Source: Eledone cirrhosa
Taxonomy: Eukaryota
Assembly (NCBI GenBank): GCA_964016885.1
Contig: OZ024759.1
Coordinates: forward strand, 3,906,001-3,970,000
Direction: 5' to 3'
Length of the DNA: 64,000 bases
This document shows, piece after piece, positions 12,381 to 24,100 of the stretch. A model generated the notes under the pieces. It ran no database searches and had not been told where the DNA came from. It saw only the letters and a list, made by a program, of their open reading frames with translations. The translations under genes were made by a program, and so were the position numbers. The first letter of the stretch is position 1, and every line of letters begins with the position of its first letter.

Positions 12381-15300
12381 ACCTTGACCGACCAGTCTGT
12401 CGGGCGTCCATTCGACGCCGCTGGTCACAGCACGCCGTCCATTCCTCTCCGTATTGTGCTTTCCTCATCCATGTAGTCCCAATCATATTCCTAAAATTAT
12501 CTGCCACCTTCATGGAGGCCTTCCGAGTGGTCGCTTCCACTCGCACGGGTACCACTCCGCAACTGCGCAGGTCCAGTGATTATCGGTGAACCGGGCGACG
12601 TGTCCAGCCCATCTGAACTTGCTGCGTATATATTGCGCGATGACGTCCCTCACACCGGACTTCTGTCTAATGACTTCGCTCCTGATGTGCTCTCTCAACA
12701 AGATTCCTAGCATTGATCTCTCCATGGCTCTTTGAGCCGTTACCAGCCTCTGCTCTTCTCTCTTCGTTGTAGCCCAAGATTCACTGCCATATAACATTGC
12801 AGGTAAAACTGTGCTATTGAAGGGGTTGGCGTGGGTGGTCTTGTCCAACCTCCCCTTGAGCACATCCCTTATGCCGCTGAACGCCTTCCATCCCTTACTC
12901 TCTGCGAGATCAGCCTCTCAATGTATTGGCGCATGTTCACTTCTTGTCCTAGGTAGACGTATTCCTCCACCTCCTCTATTTCATCACCACCAACCACCAT
13001 TCGACCTGTTGGTACGTTGTCGGACCGCATGAAGTTCGTTTTCATGCTGTTCATCTTGAGGCCTACTGCAGAGCTTTTGATGTCGAGCTCCGTCAGCATG
13101 GTCTGAAGCCGATCCGTGGTTTCAGCGATGAGTACGATGTCATCAGCGAAACGGAGGTGGGTAAGTATCTCCCCATTGATGGTGACACCGCCTTGCCAGT
13201 CAATGCCTCTGATGATCTGCTCGAGACACACGGTGAAAACTTTTGGAGAGATCGTATCTCCTTGCTTCACTCCCTTCTCGACCGGCACTCGTACGGGTGA
13301 TGACAGCAGAGCTGTGTCGGTGGTGCATCCGGAATTCGCCTCCTTGAGCAGTTGAACGTATTCTGCCTCGACTCCTTGCCTCTGCAGCGAGTTCAGCACT
13401 GCGTTGATTTCGACGCTGTCGAAGGCCTTCTTGTAGTCTACGAACGCGACGCAAAGAGGCATCTTGTACTCTTTTGCTTGCTCAAGCAGTTGTGTCAGAG
13501 TAAATATGTGGTCCATCGTGCTGTAGTTCTTCCGGAAGCCGGCTTGCTCTTTCGGTTGCGGTTCGTCCAGATGATGTGATAACCTGTTCAGGATTATCTT
13601 CGTGAACAGCTTGTACACGTGAGACAGCAGGAATATGGGTCAGTAGTTCTTCAGATCTTGTCTATCGCCCTTCTTTTATAGCAGGATGGTATTCGACTCT
13701 TTCCACTGCGAGGGTATTCTTCCCTCGTCCAGATCGTGTGTGAATCGCTCGGCGAGGATTTTCCAGAGCTGTTCTCCGCCTGACTTCAACACCTCCGATG
13801 TTATTCCGTCTTTCCCTGGCGCCTTTCCGCTTTTCATTACACCGACGGCTCTTTCCACCTCACCGACAAGGATGGGTGGCACATTTTCTTCCTGTTGGAG
13901 TGACGGCAACGGCTGCACATTCCCGGCAGACTTGAAGAGCTTGGTGTAGAAGTCTTCGTAAATCTTTTCCATCTCATTCTTGTCGCTGACCGGTACTCCA
14001 GCTGTGTTCTTCAGGGTCGTCACCTCCGATCTGTACATTGCCATGTCCGTCTCGCATTTCTTGAGGCTCTTCTTTTCCTCTGCGGCCTTCAGGAGCTTCC
14101 CCATCCGGTATGCCTCGAAGTCTCTCTTCAGTTGCCGTATCACTCTGCTGAGAAGGGAATATTCGAGGTGATTTTCAGGTGTCCTCTTCATAATCTTCCT
14201 CTTCTCAAGCAACTTCATAGTTTCCTCCCAGACTCTTCCCTTCCGCTCCTTCGGGCACACTCCCTTAGCCTTCCTCAAGCACTCCTTCAGTTTCCTTATC
14301 AGTGAGTCGTAGTCAGCGTCTATGCCGTCTCCTTTACACCACTTTTCCTGCATGATGGCTTCCTGCTGCTGCGCCTCGTTGAAGACCCAGACGCGTTCTC
14401 CCTTCGACGCCAAATGCAGCGCCTTCTTCTCCCTCGTCCGATCGATGACGACCTTCGGCCTCACCAGACGATGATCACTGCCAGTGTTAAATGGCGTTAT
14501 GACGGAGACGTCCTGCAGTATACGTCGCTTGTCGACCAGGATGTAGTCGATCTCGTTTCCGTGCTCAGAATTTAGCGATACCCAGGTCCATCTTTTCTCC
14601 TCCTTCTTCCTGAATAGGCTGTTTCCGATGTAGAGCCGTCTCATCTCCGCCATGGTGACCAGACACTCTCCTCTCTCATTTCGATCTCCTAGGCCGAATT
14701 TTCTTACATACTCTTCCCCTTGCCGTCCCTGTCCGACCTTTGCGTTGAAGTCCCCCATCACGACGGTGTAAGTGGACTTCACAGCTAGCACTTTGTCTAG
14801 CTGGCGATAGAATTCTTCCACTTCCTCGTCGTCGCTGGCACTTGTGGGAGCGTAGGTCTGGATGATCTTGAGGGTGGCCTTCCCTGAGAGGTTTATGTTC
14901 AGTACACCAATCCGTGACGATATGAACTGGCAAGAAGTGACCTTCGAAGCCCATTCCTTGCTTACGATAAACCCTATACCAATCTGGCATCCTCTGCTTT
15001 CCCGAGTCTCACGGCGCATCCATCTTGCCATCGGGAATTCGCCTCCTTCTTCTGGCGGGTCTTGCACAGCCCTAACACGTCCCACCTGATCTTCTTCTTC
15101 TCCTCCATTAGGTGGTTCAGTCCTTGCCCCCTGCCAAAGACCTGCAGTTGTATGTGCATATGGCAAGGTTAGTCCTGTTCCATGGCGGCCTTCGGGAACC
15201 TGCGATTCTTAGCAGCCTCTCGTCGCTCGGGTCGCACTCCGCCGTCATGGAGCAGCCCGATTGACTCGCAGGGTACTGAGGCCCTTTTCTTCGTGCTGTT

Positions 15301-15420
15301 TTAACCATAAGATGACGCCATCCCATTGGCTGGGCGGGCAGGCCGGTACCTCTTCAGTTTAGCTAGCTTTTGAACTCTAGAAGATGATGAATCATCTCTA
15401 GGACCCAATTCGGGTCAAAC
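12381..15420 (-). mobile_element. Near full-length RTE-clade LINE (AP endonuclease + reverse transcriptase), frameshifted and nonsense-disrupted
   Basis: ORF 13676-15166 has IIQTYAPTS, VMGDFNAKVG, EIDYILV, SDHRLV. ORF 12869-13618 has FVDYKKAFDSV, GVKQGDTISP, LRFADDIVL. ORF 12510-12863 has MLYGSESW and KFRWAGHVAR. Both sides are flanked by (TA)n. Confidence 0.93.
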
Positions 15421-15432
15421 AAATAAAAAAAA

Positions 15433-15463
<31 letters not shown>

Positions 15464-15467
15464 CATA

Positions 15468-15603
15468 TACTTGGGGAGGTTCATATTGTTGTAATAATAT
15501 TGCCAGAAATAATAACAGAACACACTCACTGTTTGGTTGGTTTTCGCTTCTGTATCTTTTATATCTCCATAGTTAATTTATTTGGCAATCAAAGAACTTT
15601 GTT

Positions 15604-15670
<67 letters not shown>

Positions 15671-15806
15671 CTGTATATTTAACCATTGGTCAATCAATGC
15701 CAAATAAATTAACTATGGAGATATAAAAGATACAGAAGCGAAAACCAACCAAACAGTGTTATTATTTCTGGCAATATTATTACAACAATATGAACCTCCC
15801 CAAGTA
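15468..15806. mobile_element. MITE-like foldback element with ~115-bp terminal inverted repeats around a (TA)n core
   Basis: TACTTGGGGAGGTTCATATTG...TTATTTGGCA versus TGCCAAATAA...ATGAACCTCCCCAAGTA. Confidence 0.8.
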
Positions 15807-15830
15807 TAACAATATATATATATATATATA

Positions 15831-15922
<92 letters not shown>

Positions 15923-16052
15923 TATATACACACACATATATATATACACACACACATATATATATACACACACACATATATATACACACACATATATATA
16001 CACACACATATATATATACACACATATATATATATACATATATATATATACA

Positions 16053-16390
16053 CATCATCATCATCATTCTACGTCCACTTTTCCCTGCTTGCAAGGGTGG
16101 GATGGGAACTGATCCTGGCTTGATTTCTACAGCTGGATGCCCTTCCTAACACCAACCTCATTTACAGTGAGTGCTGGGTGCTTTTTTTGCCGTGGCACCT
16201 CCACGACCACTTTACAGTGGAATGATAGGGACTCCAGTCCCTATCATCTCATTTCTACAGCTGAGTAAACTGGAGCAATGTGAAATAAAGTGTCTTGCTC
16301 AAGGAAACAACGCATCACGTGGTCTGAGAATTGAACTCACAACCTTTCGATTGCAAGGCCAATGCTCTAACTACTAAGCCATGTGCCTCC
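16053..16390 (-). mobile_element. tRNA-derived SINE (family B) with RTE-type 3' tail ending (GAT)n
   Basis: Head GGAGGCACATGGCTTAGTAGTTAGAGC...GAGTTCAATTCTC; the tail matches the 3' UTR of the LINE at 23200-23463. Confidence 0.85.
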
Positions 16391-16429
16391 ATTCATATAT
16401 ATATACATATATATACACACACATATATA

Positions 16430-16715
16430 TCTAAGTCTAAAGTCTGTCTTAAGCCAGCAGGCTCATTTGGCCGGTGCTTATACCGGTTTCATGGCGTGAA
16501 GTGAGTGGGAGTACAAGACTACCCCCTGGACAGGATGCCAGTCCATCGCAGGGTTAAACCTCCAGCTATTGCTGGTACACATTTTCAGCTGAGTAAACTG
16601 GAGCAACGTGAAATAAAGTGTCTTTCTCAAGGAAACAACACATCACCCGGTCCAAGAATGGAACTCACACCTTTCGATTGAAAGCCTAATGCTCTAACCA
16701 CTAAGCCATGTGCCT

Positions 16716-16718
<3 letters not shown>
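16430..16718 (-). mobile_element. tRNA-derived SINE (family C): same head as family B, different 3' half ending ACTTTAGACTTAG
   Basis: A/B boxes in the head; body AACCCTGCGATGGACTGGCATCCTGTCCAGGGG. Confidence 0.8.
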
Positions 16719-16784
<66 letters not shown>

Positions 16785-16787
<3 letters not shown>

Positions 16788-17815
16788 AGTATGTATGTAT
16801 GTATACATACATACATATATGTATACAGACGTATAGTAGTATGTATATATATACATACATGCACACATATATATATGTACGTATCAGTTTACCAAACATT
16901 TATTATAATGCTCGGTTTGTTTGTTTGTAAACAAACAAACAGCCCGAATTACGCCGTACAGTGTTTAGGCAACCACGTCACCTTTTTGTTCAACACTGAC
17001 ACAGGAATGATGTACTAGTTTCAAGCTTATTAGCTATCGTCAGCATTGTATACCTTCCTGCCAGATGGTTGAACGTCTGAAAGTATATACTTTCCTTATG
17101 CATATTAACGGCTGAGCAGCCTAATTTGCATATCGAGTGAGATCAGTCGGCTGGGCACACCGAAAACGATAAATGGAATAGAATGAAACGAAATTTCATT
17201 TCTCACTCTTAGTAAGGCACTTACTTAAATGTATGTATACGTACATACATATATGTATACAGACGTACAGTAGTATGTATATATATATACATACATGCAC
17301 ACATATATATATGCACGTATCGGTTTACCGAACATTTATTATAATGTTCGGTTTATTTGTTTGTAAACAAACAAACAGCCCGAATTACACCGTACAGTGT
17401 TTAGGCAACCACGTCACCTTCGTTTCATTCTATTCCATTTATCGTTTTCGGTGTGCCCGGCCGACTGAACTCACTCAATATGCAAATTAGGCTGCTCAGC
17501 CATTAATATGCATAAGGAAAGTATATACTTTCAGATGTTCAACCATCTAGCAGGAAGGTATACGGTGCTGACGATAGCTAATAAGCTTGAAATGAGTACA
17601 TTGTTCCTGTGACAGTGTTGAACAAAAACGTGACGTGGTTGCCTAAACATTGTACGGCGTAATTCGGGCTGTTTACAAACAAACAAACCGGACATTATAA
17701 TAAATGTTCAGTAAACCGATACGTGCATATATATATGTGTGCATGTATGTATATATATACATACTACTGTACGTCTGTATACATATATGTATGTACGTAT
17801 ACATACATACATACT

Positions 17816-17820
<5 letters not shown>
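16785..17820. mobile_element. Foldback/MITE-like element with ~400-bp inverted arms, embedded in (TA)n
   Basis: 16785-17192 is the reverse complement of 17419-17820; an extra direct copy of the outer arm lies at 17230-17418. Confidence 0.75.
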
Positions 17821-17878
<58 letters not shown>

Positions 17879-18043
17879 GTATATACATATATATATATAT
17901 ACACACACACACACAATTATATAGAACAATAAAACATGGCACTAGATGTTCAACCCAAGACCTTATGATTGAGAACAGCACACCTGTAACCTCTAAGCTA
18001 TATATCTTCACACAGACTTTCTGATAAAGACAGAAGTACCCAC

Positions 18044-18181
18044 CTGACTGACAGTTGTCTCCCCTGAAACCAGCTGCACATCCAACACTAGAACACACCC
18101 CAGATTTAATGTTGCAATGATCGTTGTCAGCACAGTAGCACAAATACTGACAGTTCAAGCCAAAATAACCCTTTTTACATT
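18044..18181 (-). CDS. Multi-EGF gene, EGF exon 13 of the window ([45 protein letters not shown])
   Basis: 138 nt, phase 1-1; poly-T CAG acceptor, G|GTGGGT donor; 8 Cys. Confidence 0.9.
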
Positions 18182-21100
18182 CTGAAAAAAAAAAAAAAAG
18201 AAAATAGAATTATATACACAACATATATATAAAATTATACACAATAACACATATATACAATTATACACAGCTATAACATACATATACACAATTATACATA
18301 ACTATAATGCCAATGTGCGTGAATGACCAAGCATAGACGAGTTGAGAAAGAAACTGGGTATAAGAGGGATAAGTTGTGGTGTGTAGGAGAGAAGGCTGAG
18401 CTGAGATGGTATGGACATGTGATGCGCATGGAGGATGACCGCTGGGTAAAGAAGTGCCAAGAAATCCCAGTAGAAGGAAGACGCAGTAGAGGTAGACCAT
18501 GAAAAACATGGGCGGAGGTGGTGAGAGAAGACCTCAAATTGCTGAAACTCACGGAGGAGATGACAAGGGACCGTGACGAATGAAGAGATGCCATGCTTAA
18601 TAAGACCTGTCCCACCCTTGCAAGCAGGGAAAAGCGGACGTAAAATGATGATGATGATGATAATAATAAAATTATTGTGTACAGTGCTCAGGTGCACTAC
18701 AACTCATCAATGGTGAATGTATAGTACATTAGTGAACAGACAGTGAACAGTGTATGAGTCATGAGATACACACAGACACATGCATGCGTGTGTATGGAGG
18801 GGGAATATCAGGTGTAGTGTTGGCGCAAAAAAAAAATAAAAGGAAATGCTTACAGCACCTAGGTTTCTCAAGTGGTTTCCCATCTAAGTACTAACTAGGC
18901 TCGAGTCAAGATATATGTGTGTGTGTGTATGTATGTATGGAGGGGGAATATCAGGTGCAGGGTTGGCGAATTTCAGGCAACATGGAGGTTTTAAAGGATG
19001 CAGTGTCCCGGCAGCTAACAACTGATGCAGGTAGTTTGTTCCATGCTTCAGTGAATTTCAGGAAGCATGGAGGTTTTAAAGGATGCAGTGTCCTGGCAGC
19101 ACACAACTGATGCGGGTAGTTTGTTCCATACTTCAGCAAATTTTTATATATATTGATTGACCAACATTTAAAAAATATAAATATAAATATAGTTTCTCAG
19201 AGTTTTTTCATCACATATCTGTGACATCATCAGTGATATTTCTATGCTTGTCATATTCCTGTGATGTTTTCTTATTCTATTTTATTTATTTGCAGTAGTT
19301 CCAACGTAAAAGACTTTCATAATAGTTGATCACTATAAATAACAGTTAGGAAAACCAGATAAAGTACATGTGGAGATAGAAAGAAGTAGACGGAGGGTCC
19401 TGTAAGGAACAGGTGCAAGTTTGCTTCCTTGCAAATACTTCTGTCTACATCTACCTTTCTCCTGAGATACTTTACTACCCACATTAACCTGTCACCTGTG
19501 GTCCATTACTGTCTACCAGGAATAATAATTGTTTCTACTTTAGGCACAAGGTCAGAAATTATCCAAGTGTATTACTGGTACTTTATTTTATCGACCCCGT
19601 AAGGATGAAAGGCAAAGTTAACTTCGGTGGGATTTGAACTCAGATTGTAAAGGGACATAACTATGCTGGAAAGCACGGCATCCGACTCTCTACCGATACT
19701 GCCATAATACAGTTATACTAGTTAGAAGTAGAAATAAAAGACTATTAAACATATGTAGTCATTAATAATATAGTTATACTAGTTAGTAGTAAAAGTAAAA
19801 GAGTAATACACCTATGTAGCCATTAATAATATAGTTATACTAGTTAGTAGTAAAAGTAAAAGAGTAATAAACCTATGTAGTCATTAATAATATAGTTATA
19901 CTAGTTAGTAGTAAAAGTAAAAGAGTAATAAACCTATGTAGTCATTAATAATATAGTTATACTAGTTAGTAGTAAAAGTAAAAGAGTATTAAACATATGT
20001 AGTCATTAATAATATAGTTATACTAGTTAGTAGTAAAAGTGAAAGAGTAATACACCTATGTAGTCATTAATAATATAGTTATACTAGTTAGTAGTAAAAG
20101 TAAAAGAGTAATAAACCTATGTAGTCATTAATAATATAGTTATACTAGTTAGTAGTAAAAGTAATAGAGTAATAAACCTATGTAGTCATTAATAATATAG
20201 TTATACTAGTTAGTAGTAAAAGTAAAAGAGTATTAAACATATGTAGTCATTAATAATATAGTTATACTAGTTAGTAGTAAAAGTGAAAGAGTAATACACC
20301 TATGTAGTCATTAATAATTTAGTTATACTAGTTAGTAGTAAAAGTGAAAGAGTAATACACCTATGTAGCCATTAATAATATAGTTATACTAGTTAGTAGT
20401 AAAAGTAAAAGAGTAATAAACCTATGTAGACATTAATAATATAGTTATACTAGTTAGTAGTAAACGTAAAAGAGTAATAAACATATGTAGACATTAATAA
20501 TATAGTTATACTAGTTAGTAGTAAAAGTAAAAGAGTAATAAACATATGTAGACATTAATAATATAGTTATACTAGTTAGTAGTAAACGTAAAAGAGTATT
20601 AAACCAACCAGTTTGACAATCAGTTCCTATATAGCCTGGTTCACAGTTGCCCTCTTCACAAACACCATTGGTTCTGTTGCAGTATTTACTTTCTTCACAA
20701 TGACAAACCTTTTGACAGTTAGACCCAAAAGTATTGCTTGGACAGACTGGATGAAATAAAGGATCAAACAGAAATTTAGTAAATTTAACCCTTTAGCATT
20801 TACATTACTTTATATATATATACTATTGTATTTTTACAGTAAACACTTTATCACATATTATGGAGTCTAGGAGATTTTGATGATGATATTATTTATTTTG
20901 AGAAGAATACCTTAATGTCAGTATTGGTGACCGGTTATTGAAAGAAGTCAATATATAACCCTTTAGCATTTACATTACTCATAGACATTCAATGTAGAAG
21001 AGAACTGGGAGTTCCTAAAAAATAACTTACTAGAGGTGACGGATGAGGTCTGTGGCTGGAGTAAGACCTCAAGCAGGAGGAGAGTGACTTGGTGGTGGAA

Positions 21101-24100
21101 CAATAAGGTATATGAGGCAGTTAAGGCCAAGAGACAGGCATGGAAAGAATGGAAGAACGGGGGGAGCAGGGTAAATTACATAGAGAACAAGAGGGAAGCT
21201 AGGCGACAAGTATACTTAGCTAGGAGGGAAGCAGAGGATAGAAAATTCAAGCATGTTTTGCAATGTAAGGACCAGAAACAGGAGGTGTTCAAGATTGCGA
21301 GGCAGTGTGTCAGAGAGAATTGTGATGTCATTGGAGAGAAGTGTATCCGGAATGATAAAGGTGAGCTTGCCCTCACAAGTGCTGAGAAGAAAGATGCATG
21401 GAAGAGTCATTATGATAGATTACTAAATGAGGAGAATGCATGAGAAGAAGAGACCCTACCCCAAGTAGACCCTATAGAGAGGCCAGCAGTACAAGTCAGC
21501 AGCAGCGTAGTAAGTAAGGCAATCAAAGATATGAAGATGGGGAAGGCAACCGGTCCATCGGGTATAGCTGCTGAGATGCTGAAGGCATCTGGGTCTGTAG
21601 GTCACACTATAACCACACGTATTGTTAACCAGGTAATACTAGAAGGTGTCATACCAAAAGATTGGTGCAGTAGCATTATTGTCAACTGCTACAAAGGTAA
21701 AGGTGATGCACTAGATAGAGGAAACTATAGAGGTATAAAGCTGATGGACCAGGTCATGAAAGTAACAGAAAGAGTTATAGCACAGTTGATTAGGGACCGG
21801 GTGAAACTAGATGAGATGCAATTTGGGTTTGTACCAGGAAGAGGCACCACTGATGCCCTCTTCCTTGTGAGGCAGTACAGGAAAAGTACCTAGCTAAAAG
21901 CAAGCCACTCTACCTGCCATTTGTCGATCTCGAGAAAGCCTTTGACAGAGTTCCACGTGCTGTAATCTGATGGGCTCTTAGAAAACTAGGAGTAGATGAA
22001 TGGCTTGTGAAAGCGGTACAAGCCATGTATAGGGGAGCAGTCAGCAAAGTTAGGATTAGCAATGAGTATAGCGAGGAATTTAGCGTACAGGTTGGGGTCC
22101 ACCAGGGCTCTGTTCTTAGCCCCCTCCTGTTCATCATAGTCATGCAGGCAATAACGGAGGAGTTTAAGACCGGATGCCCATGGGAACTCCTGTATGCTGA
22201 TGACCTCGCACTTATAGCTGAATCTATGGTAGAGCTAGAGAAGAAATTCCAAACTTGGAAGCAGGGACTAGAAAGAAAGGGTCTCAAAGTCAACATGATA
22301 AAGACTCAGGTCCTTGTAAGTAGACGAGAAAACAGAACCCAGATCCCCTCAGGGAAATGGCCTTGCTCAGTATGTAGGAAAGGTGTAGGTAGGAACTCCA
22401 TTCCCTGCCCCAAATGCAAACAATGGGTACACAAGAGATGTAGCGGGATCTCAGGAAGCTTAATTAAGAATGTAGGCTTCACATGCAGCAGCTGTGCTGG
22501 GACAGCACGCAGCAAAAAGCCACAGGAAACAAGTACCACCAATCTCTCGGAGGGCTCTGTAGAAAGAGTAGACCGCTTCTGCTACCTAGGTGACCGAATT
22601 AGCAGCGGAGGTGGGTGTTCAGAAAGTACAATAACTAGGGTAAGAACGGGATGGAAGAAGCTTAGGGAACTACTACCACTGCTAGCTGCAAAAGGCTTTT
22701 CCCTCAAAATGAAAGGCAGACTGTATGATGCGTGTATCCGAACAGCAATGTTGCATGGTAGTGAGACCTGGGCGCTGAAGGTGGAAGACTTATGTAGATT
22801 AGAGAGAAACGAAGCCTGCATGCTCCGATGGATGTGTAACAGTAATATACGCGAACGACAAAGCATAAATGAATTGAGAGAGAGACTGAGCATAAGAGGA
22901 ATCAAATGCTGTGTGCAGGAGAGGCAGTTGCGTTGGTATGGACATGTGATGCGTATGAAGGATGACAGCTGCATAAAAAGGTGCAGAGCACTAGAAGTCG
23001 ATGGAAACCGCGGAGTGGGGAGACCCAAGATGACCTGGGATGAGGTGATAAAAACCGACCTTACCCAATTCCACCTCTCAAAGGCGAAAACACATGACCG
23101 TGACCTCTGGCGTCTCGCAGAAATACAGAGTACCCGACCTCCCATGGGTACAAGCTGATGCATATAGACAATAAGCCCCCACACCCCCCACTTCAAGGTG
23201 GTCGTGGAGGTGCCACGGCAAAAAGCACCCAGCCCACACTGTAAAGTGGATGTGTAGGCAACACGAAAAAGCACCCAGTACTCACTGTAAATGAGGTTGG
23301 TGTTAGGAAGGGCATCCAGCTGTAGAAATCAAGCCAAATCAGTTCCTGTATGAGCAAAGCATAGTCAGCCGACCAGACACTGCCCACAACAGGACAACCC
23401 GTCTAACCCATGCTAGCGTGGAAGAACGGACGTAAAACGGTGATGATGATGATGATGATGATGACTCTATATATACTATTGTATTTTCATGGTAAAGGCT
23501 TTACCTCACATAAGTATCTCATAATGTCGAATCTATGAGATTTTGATTTTATCTATTTTGAGAAGAATACCTTAATGTCAGTATGAGTGGCCAGTTATGG
23601 CCGGTTTCAACAGAAAGAGGTGAGAGGATTCTGGTCAGATATGGCCGGTTTAAATGCTAAAGGGTTAAACACCCCAGTGTTGAAATGTGGTAGTGCTGGT
23701 GCCATGATAAAGTGCACCAAGCCTACACTGGAAAATGGAAGTGTTTGATGCTGTGATAAAATGCATCCAGCCCATACTGTAAAGTGTTAGTGTGGTACCA
23801 TGATAAAAGTAGCAAGACCACCCTGGCATGTGGTAAAGGTGGTGCCATGAGGAAATGCACCCAGTACATGCTGTGAGGTAGTGTTAGGAAGGGCATCCAA
23901 CAATAGAAACTATGCTAGAGAAACACTGGCACACTTGGAAAATTAGAAGCACACAGGTACAGTGGGAACATCAGAGACACAGTGGGTACTCAAGAGGCAC
24001 AATGGCTCACTGTGAACATCCAGAAGCACACTGGGATATTAGAGGCATACTGGCATACTGGGAACATTGGAGCACAGTGGGAACATCAGAGGCACACTGG

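Noticed and set aside
6742-15089. Plus-strand ORFs overlapping the Helitron and the RTE LINE
   Set aside because: Antisense shadows of transposon coding sequence.
15709-17932. YIYI/VCVY-rich ORFs
   Set aside because: (TA)n and (CA)n microsatellite artefacts.
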